A DNA stretch of 57,939 bases, the filler included, from Malassezia furfur (lineage: Eukaryota), in assembly GCA_052055015.1 (NCBI GenBank). It is 3 parts of 3 records of this genome, joined end to end, with 100 filler letters (N's around TTAATTAATTAA, not from the genome) between each part and the next. Parts side by side here need not be neighbours in the genome. Positions count along the whole stretch, not along the records: positions 19,375 to 38,609 come from JBQJIT010000194.1; positions 38,710 to 57,939 come from JBQJIT010000195.1; 1 more part is not named here. One strand, given 5' to 3'. A model generated the notes under the pieces. It saw only the letters and a list, made by a program, of their open reading frames with translations, made no database searches and had not been told where the DNA came from. Within the stretch, counting starts at the first letter, position 1. Each line of letters begins with the position of its first letter. The position numbers were made by a program, and so were the translations under genes. This document shows positions 31,783 to 42,739 of this stretch, piece after piece.

Positions 31783-32444
31783 ATGCTCGCCGCACGCTCG
31801 GTGCTCCCCCGCGCGGCGCACGCGCTGTTTGGCGCGCCGTTCGCGGCGTATCGCGGGCGTGCAGGCGCGCTCGGTGCGCCGGTGCGTGCCACACACACAT
31901 GGGATGATGCAGAGCGCCGCTCGTGGGTCGACGCGTTCCGTTCCCAGCCGCTCACCGCGCGTGACGTCCACATCTCGTTCGCGCGCAGCTCCGGGCCGGG
32001 CGGGCAGAACGTGAACAAACGTACGCAGCACACGCCCTCGCTCACTACCAGTCAACACCAAGGTGCATGCGCGCTACGATCTACAGAACCGCGCGCTCCC
32101 ACAGCCGCTCGTGCGCGACCTCGCCAAGCGCTCGGTACGTTGGTTTGCATCCATGGCTCATGCAGCCGCTCTATATCCAGTCTGCGCACGCACTGCACGT
32201 CGCTAGCGAGCGGCATCGCTCGCAGTCGCACAACGTCCAGGACGCCCTCGGCAAGGTACGCCTGCCCGCCTCACCTCAGCTCCACGCCGAGATCCTGCGC
32301 GTCGCCTCCGAGGGGCTCCGCGGCGAGACCTCGCCCGAGCAGCAGCAGCGCGTCGCCCGCTTGGACAAGCGGCATCGCGAGCGCGTCAAAAAGGAGAAGC
32401 AGATGCGGAGCCTCACGAAGAGCGGGCGCCGTGCGAAGCCATAG
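31783..32444 (+). CDS. Mitochondrial GGQ peptidyl-tRNA hydrolase (ICT1/Pth4/ArfB-like), 3 introns
   Basis: FARSSGPGGQNVNK^LNTK, RSQSHNVQDALGK^LH, basic tail; introns 32021-32051, 32135-32165, 32256-32279. Confidence 0.88.
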
Positions 32445-32452
32445 TGGGTCGT

Positions 32453-32905
32453 CTAGGACTCGTTCAGTCGCCGCTCCCGCAGCGTACGTGCGAGCCGGTC
32501 GCGCAAGTTCCGACCAAACTCGCCGAGGTGCGTGTCTTTGGTATTCGCGAGGTACTGGTCGAGTCCGCCGTGCTTCTTGATGGAGCGCAGCGCCGAGGTT
32601 GCGATGCGTGACCGCACCCAGGTCTGCATCGTCTCGCTCCAAAGCGACTTGGCCTGCACGTTCGGCGCCCACCGCCGCGCGGTCTTGTGGCGCGAGTTGG
32701 GGATGCTGTTGCCGAACTGGAGAATCTTGCCGTCGTACAGCCCGCGCTGCGCACGCTTGAACGTGCGGCCGGCGTGTGCCGCGACGACCTCCGTGGGCCG
32801 CGACGCCGGAGAAGACCGCGCGTCCGTCTTGCCCGACCGACCCGGGCCGGAGCCGCGCGCGCCGCGGTACGTCGTGCGCGACCAACGCACCACCGAAGCA
32901 AACAT
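32453..32905 (-). CDS. MRPL24: Mitochondrial ribosomal protein bL28m
   Basis: FKRAQRGLYDGKILQFGN..KTARRWAPNVQ..LWSE..IKKHGGLDQYL. Confidence 0.9.
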   Translation of the reverse strand: MFASVVRWSRTTYRGARGSGPGRSGKTDARSSPASRPTEVVAAHAGRTFKRAQRGLYDGKILQFGNSIPNSRHKTARRWAPNVQAKSLWSETMQTWVRSRIATSALRSIKKHGGLDQYLANTKDTHLGEFGRNLRDRLARTLRERRLNES

Positions 32906-32922
32906 GGAGGAAGGGGTGAGGT

Positions 32923-32940
32923 CACGTGCCACGAAATTTT
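32923..32940. promoter_or_regulatory. CACGTG E-box plus RRPE-like GAAATTTT in the 56-bp MRPL24/IMP4 bidirectional promoter
   Basis: GTCACGTG..GAAATTTT between divergent ATGs; the same box recurs in ten other intergenic regions. Confidence 0.5.
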
Positions 32941-32961
32941 GCGGCTCGTCGCCTCGCCAGC

Positions 32962-33890
32962 ATGGTGCGTGCCCCCTTTGGCTAACGCAGCTCCGACGTC
33001 AGGCGCGCGAACGCCGCGAGTATGTCTACAAAAAGGCGCTCGAGTCCAAACAGCGCCAAATTTATGACCGGAAACAGAAAATTCGCGAGGCGCTCGCGAG
33101 CGGCAAGCCGCTTCCACCCGAGCTCCGGGGCCCAGAAGCGCAGGAACTCGCCAAGAACCTGACGCTCGACGAGGCTCAGGCGGAGCCGTCGACGTCGATC
33201 GATGACGAGTATGCACGCGCCGGTCAGTACGACCCGCGCGTGCTCATTACGACGTCGCGCAGCCCGTCGTCGCGCCTGTCGCAATTTGCCAAGGAGATGC
33301 GTCTGCTCATCCCCAACTCGACGCGCGTCAACCGCGGTGGATATACCATGCCTGAGCTTGCCAAGGCAGCGCGGGCGAACGGCATGACCGATATGGTGGT
33401 CGTGCACGAGCACCGCGGTGTGCCGGACGCGCTGATTGTGTCGCACTTCCCGCACGGCCCCACGGTGCTGTTCACTCTGCACAACGTCACGCTGCGCCAC
33501 GAGGTGGCGAGCCACAGCAACAGTACGGTGAGCGAGCAATATCCCCACCTGATCTTTGAGGGCTTTGGCGGGCGGCTGGGCGAGCGTGTGAAGAACGTGC
33601 TGCGTTTCCTGTTCCCTGTGCCCAAGGAAGACTCGAAGCGTGTCATGACGTTTGCGAACCAGAATGACTTTATCTCGTTTCGGTACGTTGCAATCCACTG
33701 ACCGCGCAGACACCACGTTTTTGTGGCGACGCACCGCGACGTGCACCTGGCCGAGGTGGGCCCACGCTTCGATATGCGGCCCTACGAGATCCGTCTCGGG
33801 ACCCTCGAGCAGGCCGAGGCTGACGTCGAATGGGTGCTGCGCCCGTACATGAACACGGCCAAGAAGCGCAGCCAGCTGTCGGCGCCGTAG
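32962..33890 (+). CDS. IMP4: U3 snoRNP Brix-domain protein Imp4, 2 introns
   Basis: ATG-only first coding exon, intron 32965-32990, MLRRQARERREY; HEHRGVPD, EVGPRF; intron 33683-33709. Confidence 0.95.
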
Positions 33891-33923
33891 TGTAGCATAG
33901 TATGTGGAGGTCCCTCCTGGTCC

Positions 33924-34600
33924 ATGACGTCCGAGCGGCGTGCCGCGGCGACCGACGCGGCGTACGCGACGCACCTTGCGCACCGAGCAGCGCTCGGCAC
34001 CGCGCGGGGTACGCATGGCGGCAGTGCTAAGGCGACCGAGATGGACGCGCTGCGCCGGCATCACCGGTTCCTGCGCGACGACCGCGAACGGCCCGACGCT
34101 TCGTACGAGGCGCAGGTCGCGCGCAAATACTATGATTCACTGTACAAAGAGGTACGCCCCATCCCTCACGCAGTTTGCCATTGCCAACCTCAAGCACTAC
34201 CGTACGCGTGGCATCGCGCTCCGCTGGCGGACCGAGGACGAGGTGGTCGACGGGATCGGTCAGTTTACGTGTGCGAACCAGCGGTGTGAATGGCACGTTG
34301 AGCCGACGATCCGCACCAAGCTCGAGACTTATGAGGTGCCGTTTGCATACGAGGAGCCCGGAGAGGATGGCGCACCGGCGCGGAAGCAGGCGCTCGTCAA
34401 GGTACGTTGCTGCCCACTCACGCGTCCAGCTGGTCTTGTGCGCTGCGTGTGCAGTCAAGCTGCGTACGTGCACGCGGCACGGCAGTGCCGAGGACGGTAC
34501 ACGCCCGTCGCGCACATCGCGCTCGCCGCACGCATCGCGCCGGCGGAGCGCCTCGCCCGTGCCGCGCCGTACCTCGTCTTCCCCTAACCGTAGTGCATAA
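33924..34600 (+). CDS. FRA10AC1-family protein, 2 introns
   Basis: HHRFLRDD, ARKYYDSLYKE^FAIANLKHY..ALRWRTEDEV..GQFTCAN..YEVPFAYEE..ALVK^LVLCAACAVKL; introns 34152-34173, 34402-34429. Confidence 0.9.
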
Positions 34601-34615
34601 TGCAACCTGTACATA

Positions 34616-36736
34616 CTATGTGCGGAGCGGACCCGGCTGGAGCGGCAGCGGTGTGACGGTGATCTGGCGCGGCGAGTTGGTCTCGTTCCAGCGGCGCGCC
34701 TCGACGAGCGGGGTCTTGGCCAGCTGCGTAACACGCAGCGGGTCGACGCCCATGCTGGCGAGGAAGTTGATGGTCTCCTCGAACTCAGACTGGCGGCGCG
34801 TCTCGGACCAGTCGAGCTCCTCGCCCATGATGTCGATCACGCGCGGGAGCGCCTCGATCGTGGCCTCCGTGTCGAGGAACGCCATGCGAGCGCGGCGCGC
34901 GATGAAGTCGACGGCCTTGGCCGCGTACTCCATGCGCGCAGCGTAGCGCACCTCGGCCTCGATGTACGGGAGCTGGGCGTTGAGGCGGATGCCGTTCAGC
35001 GGGTAGCGCTTGCCCGTCGGGTTCGCGACGGAGCACACACTCCACGCGCGGTCGCCGTACGAGTTCGAGAGGTGCTGCGCGACTTCCAGCTCCAGGCCAA
35101 ACTCTTGGAGCAGGCGCACGTACATGGTCGGCGACCAGTCGTGCGAGCCGATCAGGCGCACCTGTCTCGTCACGCATCCACGCAGCGGGCTCAGGCCGTA
35201 TTCCTTGATGGCGCGGTCGATCGTCTCCTCGGCCATCTCGCGGTACGTCGTCCACTTGCCGCCCGAGATGGTCAGCAGGCCGCTCTCGGACACGTCGATC
35301 AGGTGGTTGCGCACCAGACTCTGCGTGTCCTTCGCCTTGGGGTCCTTGACGAGCGGGCGCAGACCGCTCCACGCACTCAGCACATCGGAGCGCTTCACAG
35401 TGACGTCCGTGTTGAGGTAGTTGCGCACCTCATCCAAGATCCACTCGATCTCCTGCTCGCCCGGCACGGGGTTGGCCTCCACCTTGGCGGCGGTGTCGGT
35501 GGTGCCGGCGATCGTCGCGCCCTCCCACGGCAGGAAGAAGATGACGCGGCCGTCGCTCGTCGCGGGGTCCAGCAAGCCCATGTTGCGCGGGCTAAAGAAG
35601 CCAGGGAAGGTGATGTGCACACCCGACGAGGGCGCCACAATCTCCTGCACCGTCGGCTCGTCCATCTTGCGGATGCTGTCGCAGAATGGGCCCGTCGCGT
35701 TGATGACACCCTTGGCCTTCACGTCAAACTCCTCGTTGGTGAACAGGTCGCGGACGCGTGCACCGACGACCTTGTCTTTGCCCTGCGCGTCGGGCACCTT
35801 GTTGAGCCGCACCACCTCGCAGTGGTTCGCGGCCGCGGCGCCGTGCTGGATCGCGCTGAGGACCAGCGCAATGTTCATGCGCGTGTCGTTCTGCTGGCCG
35901 TCGTAGTACACCACACCACCCGCGAGCTTGTGGGTGCGGAGCATGGGGAACAGCTCAAGCGCCTTTTCGCGGCCGACCATGTAGGAGCCGCTCATGTTCT
36001 CACCACCGGCAATCAGATCGTACAGCTTGGTGCCCGTGAAGTAGTAGGGCAGCTTCCACCAGGAGTACACGGGGATCATGATCGGCAGGGGATGCGAGAG
36101 ATAGGGCGCGATGTGCAGGAACGTCTTGCGCTCGTGCAGCGCCTCGCGCACCATCTTGTACTGCTCGTAGTCCAGCTGCATGATGGCCTTTTGCAGGTAG
36201 CGCACACCACCGTGCACGAGCTTGGTCGACTTGGACGAGGTGCCCGCGCCGAAATCGTCGCGCTCCACCAGTGCGACCTTGAGGCCACGCGTGACGGCGT
36301 CGACGGCACAGCCAGCACCCGTCGCACCACCGCCGATAATTAGCAGGTCATAGCCCTCGTCTTCCTTGGGCGGCTCGTTGTACGCATGCTCCACCTCGGG
36401 GATCGGGCTGCTGCCCACCGCCTGGTGCTCCGGAACCAGGAGCGAGCGCGACTGCTCCAAGCTGCCGTCGTGACGCAGGCCTGCAGGCGACGACACCTTC
36501 AGCGCCTCGATCATCTGCGCGCGCGTGGGCGGCGACCAGTGCATGCTCGGGCGCACATCGTGCGGCACCGGCTCCTCTTCCTCACGACGCAGCAGCGCCA
36601 GCGTACCGGCAGCACCAACGAAGGCAGCAGCAACCAACACAGCAGCGCGCCCGCGTGGTGTACGCGGGGCATACCTGGAGGCCGCAGACGCATGTGACTG
36701 CGCCTGTGACAGGGTCCGGAGGGTGGGACGGAACAT
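34616..36736 (-). CDS. GUT2: Mitochondrial FAD glycerol-3-phosphate dehydrogenase
   Basis: IIGGGATGAG, GTSSKSTKLVHGGVRYL, YYDGQQND, SAWSGLRPL, GGKWTTYR. Confidence 0.97.
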   Translation of the reverse strand: MFRPTLRTLSQAQSHASAASRYAPRTPRGRAAVLVAAAFVGAAGTLALLRREEEEPVPHDVRPSMHWSPPTRAQMIEALKVSSPAGLRHDGSLEQSRSLLVPEHQAVGSSPIPEVEHAYNEPPKEDEGYDLLIIGGGATGAGCAVDAVTRGLKVALVERDDFGAGTSSKSTKLVHGGVRYLQKAIMQLDYEQYKMVREALHERKTFLHIAPYLSHPLPIMIPVYSWWKLPYYFTGTKLYDLIAGGENMSGSYMVGREKALELFPMLRTHKLAGGVVYYDGQQNDTRMNIALVLSAIQHGAAAANHCEVVRLNKVPDAQGKDKVVGARVRDLFTNEEFDVKAKGVINATGPFCDSIRKMDEPTVQEIVAPSSGVHITFPGFFSPRNMGLLDPATSDGRVIFFLPWEGATIAGTTDTAAKVEANPVPGEQEIEWILDEVRNYLNTDVTVKRSDVLSAWSGLRPLVKDPKAKDTQSLVRNHLIDVSESGLLTISGGKWTTYREMAEETIDRAIKEYGLSPLRGCVTRQVRLIGSHDWSPTMYVRLLQEFGLELEVAQHLSNSYGDRAWSVCSVANPTGKRYPLNGIRLNAQLPYIEAEVRYAARMEYAAKAVDFIARRARMAFLDTEATIEALPRVIDIMGEELDWSETRRQSEFEETINFLASMGVDPLRVTQLAKTPLVEARRWNETNSPRQITVTPLPLQPGPLRT

Positions 36737-36950
36737 CCTGTGCGAGGGAGGGGAAGTCTGGAGAGAAGAAGATAGGGTCGCTTTTGCGGAGGTTGCTCTG
36801 CTCCGCACGCACCTTCCGAAGCGCCGGCCACGCACCGGTAACCAATCGGTCCGACCCACTGCTGCAAAAAACCACGTGCAGCATTGGCCGAAACAAATCT
36901 AGGGTACGCTCGGCAAGCATACAACCGTGTGGAGACGCGTGCGCCGCGCA

Positions 36951-38609
36951 CTATAATTCCTCCAATTCACTATCGGACAGATCGGGCGGCGGGGAAGACC
37001 GGGGTGCGGTGGTGACCGTGCGCGGCAAAAGTGGTGCGGCGCCTGGCCGCGGGCCGTGCGCCATGTATGCCTCCGATGGGACGTCCAGGTCGTCTGTGTG
37101 CGACTCAGAGAGCACGGGCTGCTCGACCAAAGGCGGCAGCCAGCGCTGCCAGGAGGGGTCAATGCGTGTGAGCAGCGGCACAAATTCGGTCGCCATCGCG
37201 GTGAGGGGCACGTCGGCCGCCCGATCCTGTAGCTCGTGTAGCGCGGAAGATTGCAACAGCACCGTGCGCATCTCTGCCAGCGTGTCTGAGCACTGCTGCG
37301 CCCGCTGCGCCATATCGTAGAACGCGGGCTTCGTCATGCTCTGCCCCCGGCGCGGTACAGGCGAGGGAAGCGCCAGCAACGTCCCGCGCGTCGCTATCTG
37401 GAATCCGTAGAGCGCTGCCGCGGCGCTTGTACGCGCATCCTCGCTCCGCACAGGGAGGGCCTCAGCGGCGCTAAGTGCGTCCGCAACATGCATTGCCTCG
37501 TCGATTTCGTTCGTAAAAGAGGGGAAGTTGTGGCATAGGTAGAGCTGGAATGTCGACGGATCCACGGGCAGATCACGCCACAGCTCTTCGATGTCCACGA
37601 GACTCGGGCGTCGCGACACATGCCACGGTGCCGCGGGCGCCGCCGCTTGGACAGGCCCTGCATCGGCGTCGAGTCCCGGATCTCCCGCGCGTTTATTGTA
37701 CAAAATGCGCCCGAGCGCATGGAAAAGCACCATGGCCGACGCCCGCGGAGTCAGCGCCAGGTCCGTGGTCGTGAGCGCCTTGCGTTTTGTGCCGGCGCGC
37801 GCGCCGCCCGCCGCTAGTAGTGTCAGCGTCGTCTCGGCGCCGCGCAAATCGCCCGCCGATGACTGGCTGATCTCGGTGAGTAATCCGCGCGGCACATCGA
37901 GCTGTGCCGCGCGCGTATGGAGCGCCGACTGGATCATGCGCGGCGTGAGGGGGTTGAAGCGGATCTCGGCAAACGCAGCATGCATGCGCACGCGCTCAGG
38001 CACCACGGTGCGCACGTCCATCTGCGCCTCGCGTCGGGCGCGCCAGGACGATGCTGCACCGACAACGGCCGCGGCGTCGTCTTCGGCGCGCGGCACACTG
38101 TCGGACACGATGAGCACGATGGGTACGTGCGTGGCCGGTGTGGTGAGGGCGTGTTCGAGCACCTGGTGGAACTGGGCACGCGTCGCTTCGTGCGCGAGGT
38201 TGGGGAGATCCTCGACGAGCACAATCTTGCGGCGCTTAGGTTGGGGGCGCGGTGCATGCCGTGGCGCGAGCTGCAGCGCAGGGTATCGCTGGGCGTGGTG
38301 CAGGAATGCAGCGAAGCGGTCGATTGCTGACTGCTGCTCGCCTGCGTCATAAAAGCTGTCCTGGTTCTCCCACTCGACCAGGTCAAAGTCGAGCGCGTCG
38401 CGATGCGCGAGGGCACGTATGGTCGACGTTTTGCCAGCGCCGCATGGGCCGGTGAGCGCAAGGATGCGCTGTGTGAGAGGGGGTTGCTACAACGTACCCT
38501 GTACTTGCACGTCGGCGCGGCAAATGCCTCCGAGAGCCAGGCACGCACGTCGGCGACCTTGCGCTTGTGCACGGGCAGCTCGTCGGGCGTGGCCGTGCGG
38601 CGCTCGGCG
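36951..38609 (-). CDS. RAD24: Checkpoint clamp loader Rad24/Rad17, 5' end lost in gap
   Basis: DELPVHKRKV, ILALTGPCGAGKT after intron 38469-38497, LVEDLPN, IRFNP, AGDLRGA, LFHALGRILYNKR. Confidence 0.88.
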
Positions 38610-38709
38610 NNNNNNNNNNNNNNNNNNNNNNNNNNNNNNNNNNNNNNNNNNNNTTAATTAATTAANNNNNNNNNNNNNNNNNNNNNNNNNNNNNNNNNNN
38701 NNNNNNNNN
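38610..38709. other. Artificial scaffold linker (44N-TTAATTAATTAA-44N)
   Basis: Identical 100-bp structure to 19275-19374. Confidence 0.97.
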
Positions 38710-38947
38710 CGTCGTGCGCGTACCGCTTGAGCGCGCGGTACATGTCGTGCTCCCCCCCGCCGTACATCGGGGCGAAGACGAGCGGCGTGTCACGTGCGCG
38801 CCCGCCGTCCAGGTCTGCGTCGGGGTCGCGGCGGAAGCGCTTCTCCCCGTCGTACTCGTCGTGCGCGTACCGCTTGCGCGCGCGGTACATGTCGTGCTCC
38901 CCCCCGCCGTACATCGTGGCGAAGACGAGCGGCGTGTCACGTGCGCG
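38710..38947. repeat. Direct repeat of about 90 bp (38710-38800 vs 38857-38947, offset 147) at a contig edge
   Basis: Two copies with 2 visible mismatches; one copy abuts the gap, so probably misassembly. Confidence 0.8.
38801..38914 (-). CDS. 5' fragment of an unidentified gene running into the gap
   Basis: ATG 61 bp from PRP40 ATG with an E-box between; MYGGGEHDMYRARKRYAHDEYDGEKRFRRD has a bipartite NLS-like pattern. Confidence 0.5.
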
Positions 38948-38975
38948 CACGCCGTCCTCCCCCCCGCCGCCGACG

Positions 38976-40864
38976 ATGGGCGGCAGTGTGACGTCGCGAT
39001 GGGTGCGTAGGAGGGCGCGCTGACGCAGGTCGAGTACCGGACCCCGCAGGGACGCCCATACTGGTACCACTCCGTCGAGAAGCGGAGCGTGTGGGACAAG
39101 CCGGCGGAGCTCAAGACGGCGCGTGAGCGCGCGATCGACGCGACGCCCTGGCGCGTGTACAAGGCGGGCGAGCGCAGCTACTACGTGCACCGCGAGACCA
39201 AGACGTCGACGTGGACGATGCCCCCCGAGATCAAGCAAATCTACGACACCGTGCCCGACGACCCGCCCGAGGCCGTGCCGATGAACGCGCCGGCGAGTCC
39301 GCATGCCGTCGCGCCGAGCGCGTCGCCGAGCAGCCCCGCGGTGGGCGGCGGAAGTCTGACGCCGTTCGCGGGCACGCCGGACACGGGCAACGCGTCGCCG
39401 ATGGTCGGTGTGCGCGCGACGTCGCGCACCCCGGCGCCGGCGCAGACGGTGCCGATCTTCACCAACACCAACGACGCAGAGCTCGCGTTCATGAAGCTCC
39501 TGCGCGAAAAGGGCATCGACGAGACGTGGACGTGGGAGCAGGCGATCCGCGAGATCGTGATGGACCCCATGTACAAGGCGTTCAAGACGCTCGCGGAGCG
39601 CAAGGCCGCGTTCAACAAGTACCAGGACCGCCTACGGACGCTCGCCGCCGAGGAGCGCGCCGAGAAGGAGGCGCGCATCCGCCCGGCGATGGTCAAGGCG
39701 CTCGTCCACGACGGCGGACTCAAGTGGTACGCGAGCTTTGCCACCTTCAAAAAGAAACTCGCGCCCTTCTCGTTCTGGAGCGAGGTCGAGGGCGACGAGG
39801 AGCTCGCGATGCAGCTCTACGAGTCCCTCCGCAAGGACGCGCGCGACAAGCACGACGCAGCGGAGCGCGCGACGCAGCGCCACAACGAGGCCGCGCTCGG
39901 CGCGCTGCTCAAAACGATCGCGATGGATACCAAGACCCGCTGGCGCGACGTGCACCGCACGATCGTCGAGTCGGACGAGTTCCGCCAGGACGCCCAGCTC
40001 CAGACGATGCCCATCCCCGAGATGCTCGCACAGTTTGAGGCGCACATGAAGGACATCGAGGCACACGAAAAGACAGAGCTTGAGGCCGAGCGGCGGCGGC
40101 GCGCGCGTGCGGCGCGTGTCGCGCGCGACGAGTTCCGCGCGCTGCTCGACGAGCAGATCGCCCAGGGCGTCCTCACCGCGCGCAGCACGTGGGCGGCGAT
40201 CGTGCCCAAGATCCGCAATGACCTGCGCGTCGACGCGGTGCTCGCGGTGCCCGGCTCGTCGCCGCAGCAGCTGTTCTACGATGCGCTCGACGAGCTGGAG
40301 CGCGGCTTTGCACAGCACCTCAAGGCCGTGCAGGCGCACCTGCAGACGCACCCCGTGCCGATCGACGACGCGCACTGGCCCGCGTTCCTGGCGGCGCTGC
40401 GCGCGGACGACGCGCCGAGCACGGTGCGGCAGCTGCCCGAGCACGAGCTGCACGAGATCTACGACGAGCTGCTCTACCAGGCGCAGCGCGACGCGCGCGA
40501 CCAGCGGCGGCGCACCGAGCGGCGCCTGCGGCACCAGGTGGACGACCTGCGCTACGCGATGAAGCGCGCACAGCCGCCGCTCGACCCCACGTCGACGTTC
40601 GACGCGAGCGTGCCGCAGCTGCAGGCGCTGCCCGAGTTCCGCGAGCTGGAGCGCCTCGAAGGCGGCCTCGACGCGGCGCGCACGGCGTGGGACCGGTTTG
40701 CGCGCCGCGAGCTCGAGAAGCGCCACGACGCCGCGTACACGGACCTTGACGGGGCCTCGGAGGAGCGCAAGCGCAAGGACGCGCCGCCGGATCCCGCGCT
40801 GGACCCCCGCGCCGTGCGCCGGCGCGTGCGCTACGACACCGGCGACGAGCCCGTCGCACCGTAG
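38976..40864 (+). CDS. PRP40: U1 snRNP protein Prp40 (2 WW + FF domains), 1 intron
   Basis: W^VEYRTPQGRPYWYH..SVWDKP after intron 39003-39028; second WW; FF repeats (AFMKLL..WTWEQA..ERKAAF). Confidence 0.92.
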
Positions 40865-40932
40865 AAGCTGGGCACGTGGATTAGGTCAGCAGGACGGCGG
40901 CACTTTTTTCCGTTCGTTCCTTCCGCGACATC

Positions 40933-42702
40933 ATGAGCCAAGACGAAGGTGCTGTCATTGGCATCAACCTCGGCAATACGTATGGTAGTATTGCGTGTAT
41001 CAACCAGCACGGCCGTGCGGACGTGATCGCCAACGAGAACGGTGAGCGCCAGATCGCGACGCGCATCTCCTTCAACGGTGACCAGGTGTACACCGGCAAC
41101 GAGGCGACGCCGCAGCTGGTGCGCAACGCGCAGAACACGATCGACGGCTTCGTGAACCTCGTCGGCCGCAAGTACTCGGAGCTGCAGCCCGAGGAGCTGA
41201 AGCGCAAGTCGGCGCAGGTCATCGACGTGAACGACACGCCCTCGTTCCGCGTCGAGATCGACGGGAAGGAGACGGTGTTGTCGGCGCACGACGTGCTCGT
41301 GCGCTTCATTGGTGTGCTGTACGGCGCCGCCAAGGACTTCTTGTCGGGAGTGCCCATTGCCGGCGCGGTACTGAGCGTGCCGATCTGGTGGGCCGACGCG
41401 CAGATCAAGGCGCTCGAGACCGCCGCCGCGGACGCCGGGCTCCAGGTGCTCCAGGTGATCCCCGTGGCCGCGTCGACGCTCGTGGCGTACGGACTGACGC
41501 AGCCGGGCGCGCGCGGCGAGCTGCCGTCGCACCCCGACGGCGACCAGGGCAAGCCGTACGCGCCGGAAAAGACGCTCGACCGCAACGTCGTCGTGGTCGA
41601 CTTTGGCGGCTCGTCGCTCGACGTGACCGTCGTGGCGTGCCGCGCGGGCCTCTACTCGGTGCTTGCCTACGTGCACGACAAGACGATCGGCGGGCGCTCG
41701 CTCGACGACGTGCTCGTCGAGTACTTCGCGAAGGAGTTCACCAAAAAGACCAAGGTCACCATCGGCGAGGGCGACGCGCGTGCCTGGGCCAAGCTCCGCA
41801 ACGAGGCCGAGGTCACCAAGCGCTCGCTGAGCGCGAGCAACTCGGCGCAGTGCAGCGTCGAGTCGCTCGCCGAGGGCCTCGACTTTAGCGGCAGCGTGAA
41901 CCGCACGCGCTTCAACCTGCTCGCCGGCAGTGTGTACCAGCGCGCGTCGGCCAACGTCACCGAGGCGATCAAGCAGGCCAAGCTCGACGCGTGCCAGATC
42001 GACGAGGTGCTGCTCGCCGGTGGCTCAGCGCGCCTCCCGGGCCTCGTCGACCAGCTCTCGTTCCTGTTCGCCGAGGACAGCGACACGCACATCACCGGCT
42101 CGATCGACTCCGACCAGGTGATCGCGCGCGGCAACGCCGTGTACGCGCACACGATCGTGCACGTGCCCAAGGACGCCGAGGAGCGCAAGTTTATCGAGAC
42201 GCTCGCCAACACGCGCCGCGAGAACATTGACGCGCTGAGCGTGCCGGCGACGGCGCGCCCCGTGGGTCTGGTGCTGGACGCCCCCCAGGGCGCCGACGCC
42301 GAGCGCGTCGAGAAGCAGCTCGTCGACGCCCAGCTGTTTGTGCCGCTCGTCGACGCCAACACGCCGGTGCCCGCGCGCCGCGCGCTGCGCTTCCCGGTCG
42401 CTGAGGGCGCGGCGTCGACGCTGCTGCGCATCGCCGAGGCGACGCCCGAGGTACGTGTCGACACCATCCAGCCCGAGCCGCTCGACGAGGACGACGAGGA
42501 CGACGAGCCGCTCGAGCCGGAGGAGGTCAAGACCGCCTACTACAAGCCGGACGCCCAGCGGTTAGTCGAGCTCGTGGTGCCCACCAGCGGCGCCAAGACG
42601 GTCACCGTCGAGCTGGTCGTGCTCAACGGCGGCCAGATCACCGTTGAGGCCAAGGTCGACGACGCCGCGGACGTCGCGGCCTCGGCCAAGATCGGCGCCT
42701 AG
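40933..42702 (+). CDS. SSZ1: Ribosome-associated complex atypical Hsp70
   Basis: IGINLGNTYGSIA, VIANENGERQI, VVDFGG, VESLAEGLDF; truncated substrate-binding domain with acidic insert. Confidence 0.92.
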   Translation: MSQDEGAVIGINLGNTYGSIACINQHGRADVIANENGERQIATRISFNGDQVYTGNEATPQLVRNAQNTIDGFVNLVGRKYSELQPEELKRKSAQVIDVNDTPSFRVEIDGKETVLSAHDVLVRFIGVLYGAAKDFLSGVPIAGAVLSVPIWWADAQIKALETAAADAGLQVLQVIPVAASTLVAYGLTQPGARGELPSHPDGDQGKPYAPEKTLDRNVVVVDFGGSSLDVTVVACRAGLYSVLAYVHDKTIGGRSLDDVLVEYFAKEFTKKTKVTIGEGDARAWAKLRNEAEVTKRSLSASNSAQCSVESLAEGLDFSGSVNRTRFNLLAGSVYQRASANVTEAIKQAKLDACQIDEVLLAGGSARLPGLVDQLSFLFAEDSDTHITGSIDSDQVIARGNAVYAHTIVHVPKDAEERKFIETLANTRRENIDALSVPATARPVGLVLDAPQGADAERVEKQLVDAQLFVPLVDANTPVPARRALRFPVAEGAASTLLRIAEATPEVRVDTIQPEPLDEDDEDDEPLEPEEVKTAYYKPDAQRLVELVVPTSGAKTVTVELVVLNGGQITVEAKVDDAADVAASAKIGA

Positions 42703-42739
42703 GTAGACTCTGTACGCTTTTGCCCACTACCCTGGCTAC

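Noticed and set aside
38710..38947. 90-bp direct repeat as a CRISPR, LTR or coding repeat
   Set aside because: Two copies only; it includes promoter plus start codon and sits at the contig end, so a chimeric edge is more likely; raw reads would settle it
42451..42471. Possible 21-nt in-frame intron GTACGT..CAG in SSZ1
   Set aside because: No CTNAY branch site, and the encoded VRVDTIQ fits the strand expected before the acidic insert
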